Source of the DNA: Verrucomicrobia bacterium UBA1319
Lineage (GTDB): Bacteria > Verrucomicrobiota > Verrucomicrobiia > Limisphaerales > UBA1319
NCBI GenBank assembly: GCA_002306985.1
Contig: DBTJ01000170.1
Coordinates: 165 to 64,164 of the forward strand
DNA: 64,000 bases
Direction: 5' to 3'
This document shows positions 33,947-42,982 of this stretch, one piece after another (the first letter of the stretch is position 1; the number at the start of each line of letters is the position of its first letter). The position numbers were made by a program, and so were the translations under genes. Under the pieces are notes generated by a model, which saw only the letters and a list, made by a program, of their open reading frames with translations, did no database searches and had not been told where the DNA came from.

Positions 33947-34603
33947 TTATCGCCGCTCGATTAACTCGCTGGCCGGAAAACGGACTTTGGCCAATTTGGC
34001 ATACTTATCCTCGGCATCACGGTAACCGGCGGCACAGGCAACCACTGTGGCGAATCCCTGTTTGGGCAAGTCAAGGATTTGGTCGTACTTATCAACGTCC
34101 AACCCCTCGATGGGACACGTATCGATCCCCATCAAAGCCGCGCAGGTCATAAAATTGCCCAGCGCAATATAGGCTTGGCGGCTAGCCCATTGATTGATTT
34201 GCAGGCTCAGCGGTCCTTCAACCAATTTTCCGACCATTAAATTCCGATACAACTCCAGCTTTTCAACCGGCGTGCCGCGCACTTCGGAAACTCGGCGCAA
34301 ATGGTGGTCAAGATGGGGAACGCCCACGTTTTTAAGAATCGCAAACACCACGTAGTGAGAACAATCAACCACCTGGGGTTGATCCCAAGTCACTGGCACC
34401 AATTGTCGGCGCAACGCGGGATCCGTAAGCACTAGAAACTTCCAGGGCTGCAATCCGAAAGAAGAGGGCGTCAACACCAACGACTCTTCCAAAGTACGCC
34501 AATCCGCTTCCGATATCTTCTTCTGAGCATTGAACCGTTTAGCGGCATATCGCCAGCGCAAAGCCGAAAGCAAATCCTCATTCGAAATCGTCCGAGTATT
34601 CAT
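33947..34603 (-). CDS. Nitroreductase-family NAD(P)H-dependent oxidoreductase (NfsB-like)
   Basis: LLSALRWRYAAKRF...SSFGLQPWKFLVL...the nitroreductase fold signature, about 218 aa from the ATG at 34603. Confidence 0.8.
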   Translation of the reverse strand: MNTRTISNEDLLSALRWRYAAKRFNAQKKISEADWRTLEESLVLTPSSFGLQPWKFLVLTDPALRRQLVPVTWDQPQVVDCSHYVVFAILKNVGVPHLDHHLRRVSEVRGTPVEKLELYRNLMVGKLVEGPLSLQINQWASRQAYIALGNFMTCAALMGIDTCPIEGLDVDKYDQILDLPKQGFATVVACAAGYRDAEDKYAKLAKVRFPASELIERR

Positions 34604-35217
34604 ATAAGGATCATTAATCCGCAACCTGGCGCAAGTAAAGCCCCGTCTAGGATAAGGATTGCCCCTAAGTTAAGACATTCCACGATTCCGCATTAATTTT
34701 TCCACAAACCCGTTGCGAGCCGCCCTTAAATTTAATCACTGCACATTGATTCCGAGATGTTTCTAAAATTATCTCCGCCGATGCGCGAAAAGCACGCCGC
34801 TGGCACCCCACACTCCAAGTATACGATGTTCTGCACTTTGGCGGTTAAATCCAATTGACCGACTCTTTTGTTTCCCAAATGGCTCAAACTGGCGCTAAAT
34901 GCCCCCATTGAAGTAGGAAAAAATGGCCAAAAAGGCACAATGTGAGACAAAGTGGACCTGAATCGAGGGCTTGTTTTGAGGCGTGAATCCACGTCTCGAA
35001 TTGTGGATTTCCACACAATTTAGGGCGTTTTAGCCTTGGATTGCCATAAAAGCATACAGTCCGGCAGCCAATTACCCTGCTTGCTATCAGTCAGAAACAG
35101 AAGGAGAGAGGCCTTTGCGCCGGGCTTTCAGGACCACTAGGCCCGCCATCACCAAGGACCTTTACTTTTCGCTCAAGTTTTTAGGGAAATATCCGATATA
35201 GTATGTGGCATGCGAAA

Positions 35218-35226
35218 TGCTATAAT
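35218..35226 (+). promoter_or_regulatory. Extended -10 promoter element TGCTATAAT
   Basis: An exact TGnTATAAT was read at 35218..35226 inside a 1-kb AT-rich gene-free spacer. No good -35 is present, and extended -10 promoters do not require one in the sigma-70 model. Whether this applies to this phylum is assumed. Confidence 0.4.
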
Positions 35227-35239
35227 TTAACGTGCGAGT

Positions 35240-35341
35240 ATGAGCAATAGTTCGCAAAACAACGTTAATCCGCCCGCCGCCACTCTCAGTGTGACGGCAA
35301 AAGTCCACAATTATCCTCAACACTGGACTGCGGTTCAGTGA
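35240..35341 (+). CDS. Hypothetical 33-aa small ORF (MSNSSQNNVNPPAATLSVTAKVHNYPQHWTAVQ) between the extended -10 box and the terminator; alternatively the transcript is a non-coding sRNA
   Basis: ATG at 35240, TGA at 35339..35341. The RBS is weak (GCGAG) and no homology is recognised. Confidence 0.2.
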   Translation: MSNSSQNNVNPPAATLSVTAKVHNYPQHWTAVQ

Positions 35342-35363
35342 GTTCTTCAAGGCTGTAGGTTGA

Positions 35364-35398
35364 CTGGCGGCCGGCGTAAGCTGGCCGCCAGATTTCTT
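35364..35398 (+). terminator. Intrinsic terminator: CTGGCGGCC-N10-GGCCGCCAG followed by ATTTCTT
   Basis: A 9-bp perfect GC-rich stem was read directly. A T-rich tail is present on the plus strand only. It lies 23 nt after the small ORF stop and about 230 nt upstream of the GT26 gene. Confidence 0.6.
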
Positions 35399-35629
35399 GG
35401 CTGTGGTACGATATTATACTCAATCCACGTGATTACAAGGATAATCCGTACGAAATAACCCTTAAGCACCCATTGGGAGCGCCATTTCTGACCAGCCCGG
35501 CCAAATCGCGTAAAAGCGGATAATCTCCATCACTCGGGATATCCGAACGCAGGACGGGTTTTTCCGAGTTGCCATCCGTTGTTTTGGTATTGGATCGTCG
35601 GATTGGGTGTGTTAAAGAACCCATCAAGC

Positions 35630-36436
35630 ATGCAGCATAGATCCATGATTGCAACCGAATCGCCCAACCCAAGCGAGCCTTCACGCGTGTCGATTTTCGG
35701 CACCCCGATTCAGGTTGCCACGTATCAAAGCATGGTCGAGTTGGTGAACCGTTGGAGCCGGGAACCAGGCGTTAAAACGGTGGCGGCGGTCAACGTTCAT
35801 AATGTAACCCTGGCGGCGGAGGACCCGCGACACGCCGCCAATTTGAAAACTTTCGACGCCATCGTGCCGGATGGGATGCCGCTCGTCTGGTGGATCAACC
35901 GTTTCTCCGCGCATCATCTTAAAGATCGGGTTTACGGTCCCAGCCTTATGCTCCATTGCCTGGATGCCAGCCAGCAATGGGAAGGGTCGAATTATTTGCT
36001 GGGCAGCACTCCCGAAGTATTGAAGAACCTGCAAATCAAACTTCACGAGCGTTTTCCCAAAGCCAAAATCGCGGGCGTTTACAGTCCGCCCTTTGGCGAA
36101 TGGTCGGCGGAGGAAAACACGAAAATCTTCCAACTCATCCGCGCTTCGGGGGCCCGGTTTATTTGGGTGGGGCTGGGATGTCCCAAACAAGAACGCTGGC
36201 TGGCCATCCACAAGCCGCAACTGCCCGAGGGTATCTATTTTGGCGTGGGCGCGGCCTTCCCAATGCATGCGGGCATGCTCAGGCAAGCTCCCGGCTGGAT
36301 GCAAAGAAACGGGTTGGAGTGGATTTTCCGGCTCATCATGGAGCCGAAACGCATGTGGTTGAGAACCGTCAAGTACAACACGCTCTTCACGTACCATACC
36401 ATCCGGCACGTGATGGGCAAAAAGCCCTCGCCTTAG
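35630..36436 (+). CDS. WecB/TagA/CpsF family (GT26) glycosyltransferase
   Basis: VSIFGTPIQVATYQSMVELV...AAVNVHNVTLA...FDAIVPDGMPLVWW...YGPSLM...FIWVGLGCPKQERW...GVGAAF. Start at 35630 or 35645. Confidence 0.85.
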   Translation: MQHRSMIATESPNPSEPSRVSIFGTPIQVATYQSMVELVNRWSREPGVKTVAAVNVHNVTLAAEDPRHAANLKTFDAIVPDGMPLVWWINRFSAHHLKDRVYGPSLMLHCLDASQQWEGSNYLLGSTPEVLKNLQIKLHERFPKAKIAGVYSPPFGEWSAEENTKIFQLIRASGARFIWVGLGCPKQERWLAIHKPQLPEGIYFGVGAAFPMHAGMLRQAPGWMQRNGLEWIFRLIMEPKRMWLRTVKYNTLFTYHTIRHVMGKKPSP

Positions 36437-36479
36437 CGTTTCGTGGCCGAAACGTGAATCCCGGTAAAAACGCGCGGGA

Positions 36480-37550
36480 TTAAGCCGTCAACAGCGCCAC
36501 CAATTCGCGCGTCACCCGGTCCCAATTATGTCGCGCATGCAACGCGCGCGCCCATTGGGCGACGGTCTCACTTGGGCACGCCAAAGCCTTATCCATAGCC
36601 ACGCGGAACGATTCGTAATCTTCGTTCTGAAACGGCAACCCCAGCCCAAGCATGGCTTCCTCCGTAGGCGGAATGGCGGAGAAAACCGGCGCCGTACCGT
36701 GCAGCGCGGCTTCCACGGGCGGCATGCCAAACCCTTCGTTGCGGGTGAAATAGACCAAAGCTTTGGACGCCCCCATGGTCCGGTTAAATTCCGCCGCGGG
36801 CAAACGCTGTAACCAACGCCAGCGCGCGGGCAAAACCGTCCCTTCAGGCAGGCTGCCTACGCAGAGGATCTGGCCCGCAAATCGCGATTGCCGCTCCCAT
36901 CGAGAGAGATATTCCACCGCCCGGGGCGTGATTTTATTCGGCCAGCGACTGACTAGCGCCAATATTTGGTCCTGTTTTTCCTCGGCTGGAATAGGCGCCG
37001 CAAAACCAATGCCGATGGCCACGAGCTTGGGCTCCGGATACCCGCACGCCCGCGCTTCCGCGTTTATTTGCCCTTTCGTGTATTCGGAATTGGTCACGAT
37101 AACTTGGGCATAACGCAAGGTTGCCTCCACGCATTTGCGGAAATACCAGGACTTGAATTTGGGAAAGCCGGGAATGCCCTGCCGCCAATATTCGTGGTAC
37201 ATGACGTCATGCACGTAGGCCACCGTGGGGCAAGGAGGCCGCCTCATGAAAGACAAGTACCCTTTAGGCATGAATAGCCAATCGGGCCGCAGCCGGTGAA
37301 CTTCGCGGTTAAGGCGCACTTGATCCCACCACACCCGGCGACCCATCGAATCGGTCACCCCCGCGAACTGGATATTCCGCACCCCCGCGATTTCCACACC
37401 GGACGCCGGGGTGTTCAACACGGTGAGTTCAACCCCTGGATGGGCGGCCAAACCTTTCGCCAAGTGGACCGCCACATTATAGGTACCCACCGACGTGGTC
37501 CGCGCGAAATTCTGGTCGGCCAGCGATATGATTACTTTGAGCTTCTTCAC
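36480..37550 (-). CDS. GT4-family glycosyltransferase
   Basis: The C-terminal half has the EX7E motif (NEGFGMPPVEAALHG). A GTG at 37550 (VKKLKVIISLAD..) is preceded by GGGGGAG. The track start at 37571 is also a GTG. Confidence 0.8.
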   Translation of the reverse strand: MKKLKVIISLADQNFARTTSVGTYNVAVHLAKGLAAHPGVELTVLNTPASGVEIAGVRNIQFAGVTDSMGRRVWWDQVRLNREVHRLRPDWLFMPKGYLSFMRRPPCPTVAYVHDVMYHEYWRQGIPGFPKFKSWYFRKCVEATLRYAQVIVTNSEYTKGQINAEARACGYPEPKLVAIGIGFAAPIPAEEKQDQILALVSRWPNKITPRAVEYLSRWERQSRFAGQILCVGSLPEGTVLPARWRWLQRLPAAEFNRTMGASKALVYFTRNEGFGMPPVEAALHGTAPVFSAIPPTEEAMLGLGLPFQNEDYESFRVAMDKALACPSETVAQWARALHARHNWDRVTRELVALLTA

Positions 37551-37728
37551 AAACACTCCCCCGCCGCGCACTCACTCGCAAGGCTAGAGGTCTGGCCAGC
37601 ATCGCAAAACCCGGGCGGATTTCAACGTTTACTGAAACTGGGGCGCCGCAAAATGGAACCCGTTTCGCGACCAAGCAGTCCCACTCGTTAAGTTCGAGAT
37701 GTTGCTCCCATCGCTATGAACCCGCCTT

Positions 37729-38517
37729 TCATGGTTCATCGAGCGAGTTCCCCACCGAGGGTAGCGACCCGTTCTGCTCGATCAAACGCCGCAGTTCAGG
37801 CTCGATTTTTCCATAGCCAGAGGGCGCCAGATGCAAGGTATCGAGGTAATCGGAAAAATCGTTTTCCCCGGATGATCGGCCCCGTAAAATCATCCCCGCA
37901 TCAAGCAAATCGACCCCTTCCGTCTGGGCGAACTCACGGGTCAACCACGCGTTCACCTCCCGCACTGAGATAGGGATGAGTGGCGACCAAACCAGCCGCC
38001 GCGCCAGAGAAACTTTCCCGGGGGGAATAATCAACGTAAGAATCACGCGCGCTCGATGCCGTTGGCAAATCCGCACGATTTCGCAAATATTGCTGGCGCA
38101 CACCCGCTGGATATCCGCCGCTGAGCCGGGAAAAACCCCAATGGCTTTCAGATCGTTTATGCCCGCTTGGAACACTACCACCGCGGGTTTTGCCGCGCGC
38201 ATATCCGCCTCCGCATGGAGCCGGATTTGCGCCGTAGTTTCGCCGGGCGCGCCGGCATGAAGAGTGAAAAAACGATCCGCCGGCAAATTGGGCCAGGCCG
38301 CCGCCCGCGAATCCCCCAAAAATAACACCCGCAACCCATCCGGCCGGCCAGCCTGAACCAGTCGGGGGGGCGCGCCAGCCCACAAACGAACCGAAAGTTC
38401 ACGCGCGTACCATTCCCGCGCCAGCCAAATCAGGGTCAGACAGGTGGCAAAGAGCGTCAAAACCACCAGGCCGCACCCCCAGAAACACCACCGCCCGCGC
38501 TGGGATAACAAGCTCAT
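37729..38517 (-). CDS. SGNH/GDSL hydrolase-family protein, membrane-anchored
   Basis: Block I VLFLGDSRAAAW, block III FQAGINDL, block V LDTLHLAP (DxxH). N-terminal TM CFWGCGLVVLTLFATCLTLIWL. Its ATG overlaps the TGA of the upstream AT3 gene (ATGA at 38514..38517). Confidence 0.78.
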   Translation of the reverse strand: MSLLSQRGRWCFWGCGLVVLTLFATCLTLIWLAREWYARELSVRLWAGAPPRLVQAGRPDGLRVLFLGDSRAAAWPNLPADRFFTLHAGAPGETTAQIRLHAEADMRAAKPAVVVFQAGINDLKAIGVFPGSAADIQRVCASNICEIVRICQRHRARVILTLIIPPGKVSLARRLVWSPLIPISVREVNAWLTREFAQTEGVDLLDAGMILRGRSSGENDFSDYLDTLHLAPSGYGKIEPELRRLIEQNGSLPSVGNSLDEP

Positions 38518-39644
38518 CCGGCGTTTTTCGCGGGGACGGCCCGCTTGTACTTGGACATGAAAGGTCGCTCCAAATATTTAAAGCTCAGAGCGCCCAAGGG
38601 AATAGCCAGCAATGCACCCAGCGGATGCCAGGCGGCGGGCATCAGTCCGCCAATCGTGAGCGGTTGTTGCCAAAGGTACATGGAATAAGTGCGATTCCCC
38701 AGAAAATGAAAGGCATTCCCCAGCCAACCTTTGGGCGCTATGCCTTGAAGATAACATCCCAAGCATCCCGCCACCAATAATGTGCCGGCGAGCACCACGG
38801 CGTTTTTGCGCACGGCGAGCACGGTTGGAACCAAAGCAATCAGCGACAACGCGCCAATGCCGGCGAGCGGTTTGCCGAATTTGCCGCAATGGACTGGGTA
38901 CGTGGCTCGCAAAAACTCGCAGAAGAAACCCGCCATCATCGGCCAAGCCGCCACCTGAAAAGTATAGGGATTTTCCAGTTTCCACACCACGCCGGTCACG
39001 CCTCCCCCCATAAACAGAGCGAGTAACCCGCCATAAACGGCCAATCGCCGTTTGGCCGAGGCGCCTCCGGCATAGAAAATCAGCGGGGCAAGCAGGTAAA
39101 ATTGCATCTCGCAGGCGAGGCTCCACAAGTGGCCGCTGAGGTTCTCAGGAATCCCCTCATGCACCGGCATATAATAGTTCCGATAGTAAAGAAAAGCGCT
39201 GGGTAGCCCTTGAAAAAAGCAGCCTTTAAATCCGCGATCCACCAACGGCGGGCCGGCGATTAAAACCAAGCCCGTCATGCATAGCAGGTAAAAGTACTTG
39301 GCGGGCACCAGGCGCTTGGTGCGCCGATACCAAAAATCACAGGCTCTTTGCCACTTTCCCTGGGGACCTCGCGAAAGCGAGCGAAACACCAGAATACCGG
39401 AGACAAAAAAGAATAAGTTCACCCCCGCCCGACCTATGCCTGGAACCCGGCCGGTGACAAAGAAACCATGGGAAATAAGCACCAGGAGCAGCGCCAGGCC
39501 GCGCCATTGATCCAGCGAACGATCCGAAGCAGACTGAACAACCGCCCCACGGCCCGCTGGTTGGGCCGGACTTACGGGCGATGGCGGCTCGACAGCAGAG
39601 GCTCGATTCGCCATGTTTATTGCTACTTTCGAAGGGTCGCTCAT
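38514..39644 (-). CDS. Acyltransferase family 3 (AT3) integral membrane O-acyltransferase
   Basis: LDQWRGLALLLVLISHGF.. plus about 10 predicted TM segments typical of Acyl_transf_3. The start is uncertain (ATG at 39644 or 39614). Confidence 0.8.
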   Translation of the reverse strand: MSDPSKVAINMANRASAVEPPSPVSPAQPAGRGAVVQSASDRSLDQWRGLALLLVLISHGFFVTGRVPGIGRAGVNLFFFVSGILVFRSLSRGPQGKWQRACDFWYRRTKRLVPAKYFYLLCMTGLVLIAGPPLVDRGFKGCFFQGLPSAFLYYRNYYMPVHEGIPENLSGHLWSLACEMQFYLLAPLIFYAGGASAKRRLAVYGGLLALFMGGGVTGVVWKLENPYTFQVAAWPMMAGFFCEFLRATYPVHCGKFGKPLAGIGALSLIALVPTVLAVRKNAVVLAGTLLVAGCLGCYLQGIAPKGWLGNAFHFLGNRTYSMYLWQQPLTIGGLMPAAWHPLGALLAIPLGALSFKYLERPFMSKYKRAVPAKNAG

Positions 39645-39828
39645 CGCGCAAACACTAAACGAGCCCGGAACCAGGTCAATCGGGATTTGCCATTTGCGAT
39701 TGAAAAACCAAACCTCGTTTTGATCCGAGGCGAGCCCTAGGCGCGGGCTGAGGTAATTCAATGACCAGATTGCTCTTCAAGGAGCGCCTAGAAAACCTCC
39801 GCGGCGAAAAGCGGATAAGTGAAAAGGT

Positions 39829-40620
39829 CTAATAGCACTTCACCAATAGCTGAGCGCAATCCTCAAACAAAAGGCCGAAAGACAATTGAGGAGAACAGCG
39901 AAAAACGAATTCGCCCAATACCCGATTGCTTTTGAAGTACAGGCCCGGCCGATTTTGGTAATGGGGCGCGGTACGATAATAAGCAAACACATTGCCGAAG
40001 GAACAGCCAATCACCTGCCCGCAGTGTTTTTCCAAATCGCGCTTAATTCCGGCGTAACTGTAATAGTTAATATGGCCAATGCCCGCCGCCGCCTCTCGGC
40101 GCGGTTTCCCGCGCTTGGCCCAATTCCAAACCCGGGGAAACCAGTTGTCCTCCAACGGCACTTTGAAGAAGGCATATTTGGCGAAACGCTGGATTTCGGC
40201 CAGGGCGCTGGCGGGATCATTCACATGCTCGATGACATCAATCATCAAAATAAGGTCGACTTCCTTTTTTTGAAGCGAGGTTCGCCCGATATCCTCTTGG
40301 AGCAGTTTCCGCAGATCGGGATTCTGCTGCTTTTGCACTTCAAGCATGCCCGGGCTGAGGTCTAGAGCGTATTTCGTCACTTGGGCGGCATACCGCTGCT
40401 GAAGATGCTGGGAAACCGCCTTTAGGATCAACTCTCAGCCCCCGCCGCAGTCCAATACCACCGAGTGTTAAAGCCAGCCAGCCGCCTGCATGAATCCATC
40501 CACGAGCGGCAAGAGCAGGTCGATTTTCCAGGGGGAATCCACTTCATGCAAAGAAGGATTATGCGCAATATACCGATCTTGGGTATAGAGTTCGCTAGCC
40601 AGTTTTCCCCTGTCGTTCAT
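39829..40620 (-). pseudogene. Class I SAM-dependent methyltransferase interrupted by two in-frame stop codons (TAA at 40468..40470, TGA at 40435..40437)
   Basis: My own translation of a single minus-strand frame from the ATG at 40620: MNDRGKLASELYTQDRYIAHNPSLHEVDSPWKIDLLLPLVDGFMQAAGWL*HSVVLDCGGG*ELILKAVSQHL...DLSPGML...DLILMIDVIEHV... The two stops bracket SAM-binding motif I (VLDCGGG). The track ORF 39829..40431 is only the 3' part, starting at a TTG. Confidence 0.8.
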
Positions 40621-40938
40621 TCCCAGCCAAGCTACGGTCTTCGGTTGGAAACGTCAATCACCCCGCGCCAAGGAAACATTGACTATTCTATTTTCCCGCC
40701 CAAACTCAAGCGCGCTCACCAGCGACTACAAGTCTGTTCCCGTAAGGCCGCCGCGTTTTCTTAAAAACGAGCTCTCGCAACGTCAGCCTTTGGCAACCAA
40801 ACACCAGCTCGGCTTTTCCGCGCGCCCCCAAAAGCCAACTCACCGCAAAGAGTTGATCTTTTTTCTTTTTTAGGCAAGCTCGGCGGTGACATAAACAATG
40901 AAGTATAGGTCCTGTGGACGAGCCGTATATCTTTTAAT

Positions 40939-41682
40939 ATGAACGAGCAAGAAATCCAGCAATTGCGAGCGGAAGTTGCCCAAATTACCTGGTATCACAC
41001 TTTCGATTTGGGCCATGGCGTGGTGACCCCTGGAATGGACAATAGCCCTAAAAAACTCTCTCGGTTGCGGTTTCCCGATTCTTTCGCGGGTAAAACGGTG
41101 TTGGATGTTGGCGCCAGTCAGGGATTCTTCTCCTTTGAAGCTGAAAAACGCGGCGCCCAACGGGTGCTCGCCACCGACTCGTTCCACTGGCTGCAAAAAA
41201 CGCACATCACCAAAGCCGGTTTCGACTTGGCCAAGAAAGTGTACCAATCCAAAGTCGAGGAAAAGCTGATTGACGTGCTCGAATTAAGTCCCGCTGCAGT
41301 CGGCACCTTCGATGTCGTCCTATTCCTAGGAGTGCTTTACCATATGAAACACCCGTTGCTAGCGCTGGAAAAAGCCGCCAGCGTGACCAAAGACATGATG
41401 ATCTTGGAGACGGTGGTGGATATGCTGGGCTGCCGCCGCCCGGCGATGGCTTATTACGCGGGCACCGAATTATCCGCCGACCCGACCAACTGGTGCGGCC
41501 CCAATCCAGCGGCTGTCGCCGCGATGCTAAGAACTGTGGGCTTTAAACGGATTGAAGTAGTCGCCGGCATCCGGCCGTGGTGGTTTCGAGCAGCCCGGGC
41601 CTTTTATTATTGGAAAACCCGGGGGGTGCAAATGATTCCCTTAGTGCGAACCGACCGCATTGTGATCCACGCCTGGAAATAG
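40939..41682 (+). CDS. Class I SAM-dependent methyltransferase (DUF1698/CmoB-like N-terminus)
   Basis: ITWYHTFDLGHGVVTPG...GKTVLDVGASQGFFSFEAEKRGAQRVLATD...FDVVLFLGVLYHMKHPL. Confidence 0.8.
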   Translation: MNEQEIQQLRAEVAQITWYHTFDLGHGVVTPGMDNSPKKLSRLRFPDSFAGKTVLDVGASQGFFSFEAEKRGAQRVLATDSFHWLQKTHITKAGFDLAKKVYQSKVEEKLIDVLELSPAAVGTFDVVLFLGVLYHMKHPLLALEKAASVTKDMMILETVVDMLGCRRPAMAYYAGTELSADPTNWCGPNPAAVAAMLRTVGFKRIEVVAGIRPWWFRAARAFYYWKTRGVQMIPLVRTDRIVIHAWK

Positions 41683-41695
41683 CGGCCAAGGAAAA

Positions 41696-42904
41696 ATGAT
41701 GCCGCCGGACCACCGGATCAACGCCCTCCATGTGGCGCCCCATCTGCAAAGCTTGGGCGGCATGCAAGCGGTGCTTAGGCATCATTGGGCGCACGACCAG
41801 GAGGCCGATATTGAATCTCGCCTCGCGGTGCTCTTCGAACGCCAGACCCGTAATCCGGAAAAGGCGGACGCCTTGGGCTGGAATTGGCGATGGACCATCC
41901 CGCAAATGGGCCGAGCTTTTGAACAGCTCATGCGCCGTTATCCCGGCCGCCTATGCGTTTATCACAATCTTTGGGGCCTCCCCTTTTTGGCGAGTGGCGA
42001 CCGGGCCAGCCGCCGGATCGGTTTTCTGCATTCCAGCACTCCTAGACTGGAGGCGGAATTACTGGCGCAACGGGGCTTGCTCGATGGCCTCATCGCCGTC
42101 AGCCCAGCCCAAAGCAGCCTGGCCCATAAATGCCTGCCAGAACTGGGCGCAGATCGAATTCGCTTGCTGCCCCTCCCGATCGATCCCCCCAAAATCGAAC
42201 CCGCGCGCGGCGTTCTGGAAAACCGACCGATTGTCCTAGGGTATAGCGGGCGTTTGGTGAAGGACATTAAACGCGTCGACCGGCTCCCCGAATTAACGCG
42301 CCAGTTATCTCAACGCGGGGTCCGCTACCGGCTGGAATTATTGGGCGATGGCGCCGATGGCACCTGGCTGAGAAAGCAATTGGCCGGAAACCCCGCCGTC
42401 GTGTTCCATGGGATTCAATCCGGCGCGGCCTACTGGAAACTATTGGCGGGGTGGGATCTCATGCTCTATGTGAGCGATTCGGAAGGCACTCCGGTAAGCC
42501 TGCTCGAGGGATTAAGCATGGGGGTCGCTCCCCTTTTTCCGCGCCTCGCCAGTGGCGGCACGGCCTACACTCAAAAAGTCGACGAGCGCTTGATTTATGA
42601 CGCGGGCGACATGGGGGCCGCGGCGAACACCATCCAGGCATTGGCGCAAATGCCCGCCGCAAAGTGGGAACTATGGCGACGGCGGTGTGTCGATGCGGTG
42701 CGGAATCATTTGGGCAGCGCCTACATCCACGCATTCCGAGACTTTTTGGAGGCAATCGAAAAGGCTCCCCGCCAGTCGGCCTCCGTTTTTGAAACTCGCC
42801 CTTTTTACGCCACCGATCGCCTGCCTTTGGGCCTGCTTTCCCGCCTGACGCCGGATGCCCTTTTGAAAAAAACTCCGTTTAGCGTCGTAACGGCTAAATC
42901 TTAA
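41696..42904 (+). CDS. GT4-family glycosyltransferase
   Basis: GYSGRLVKDIKRVD...LELLGDG...SDSEGTPVSLLEGLSMGVAPL (EX7E). RBS AAGGAAAA precedes the ATG. Confidence 0.75.
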   Translation: MMPPDHRINALHVAPHLQSLGGMQAVLRHHWAHDQEADIESRLAVLFERQTRNPEKADALGWNWRWTIPQMGRAFEQLMRRYPGRLCVYHNLWGLPFLASGDRASRRIGFLHSSTPRLEAELLAQRGLLDGLIAVSPAQSSLAHKCLPELGADRIRLLPLPIDPPKIEPARGVLENRPIVLGYSGRLVKDIKRVDRLPELTRQLSQRGVRYRLELLGDGADGTWLRKQLAGNPAVVFHGIQSGAAYWKLLAGWDLMLYVSDSEGTPVSLLEGLSMGVAPLFPRLASGGTAYTQKVDERLIYDAGDMGAAANTIQALAQMPAAKWELWRRRCVDAVRNHLGSAYIHAFRDFLEAIEKAPRQSASVFETRPFYATDRLPLGLLSRLTPDALLKKTPFSVVTAKS

Positions 42905-42982
42905 AAACAACCCTGATTCCGATTACGGGACTGAAGTATTTCCCACGACGAACATCCCGCTGGCTCCACCACCGCGCCCCCG

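Noticed and set aside
34840-34847. GGCGGTTA upstream of the glycan locus, resembling the ops/JUMPStart element GGCGGTAG used by RfaH.
   Set aside because: The match is imperfect (TA instead of AG at the end) and lies about 800 bp upstream of the first glycan gene. A terminator lies in between. RfaH/ops is a proteobacterial system that I cannot assume applies here.
35240-35341. The 33-aa ORF as a RiPP or lasso-peptide precursor.
   Set aside because: It has no Cys. There is no acidic residue at core positions 7-9 for a lasso macrolactam. No maturation enzymes (cyclase, protease, radical SAM, YcaO) are nearby. It is kept only as a low-confidence small ORF or sRNA candidate.
34732-35350. Minus-strand ORFs 34732..35016 (94 aa) and 35162..35350 (62 aa) in the AT-rich spacer.
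   Set aside because: No homology features or credible RBS. The second overlaps the better-supported plus-strand promoter-ORF-terminator unit.
36437-36454. 7-bp hairpin CGTTTCG-TGGC-CGAAACG in the convergent gap between the GT26 and GT4 genes.
   Set aside because: There is no T-tract on either strand and the stem is short. It may contribute to termination, but this cannot be supported from sequence alone.
40435-40437. In-frame TGA in the methyltransferase as selenocysteine, or as evidence of stop-codon reassignment.
   Set aside because: A second in-frame stop of a different type (TAA) lies 11 codons upstream in the same gene. TGA and TAA terminate all the other genes normally. No SECIS-like hairpin follows. 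A pseudogene or sequence error is the simpler explanation.
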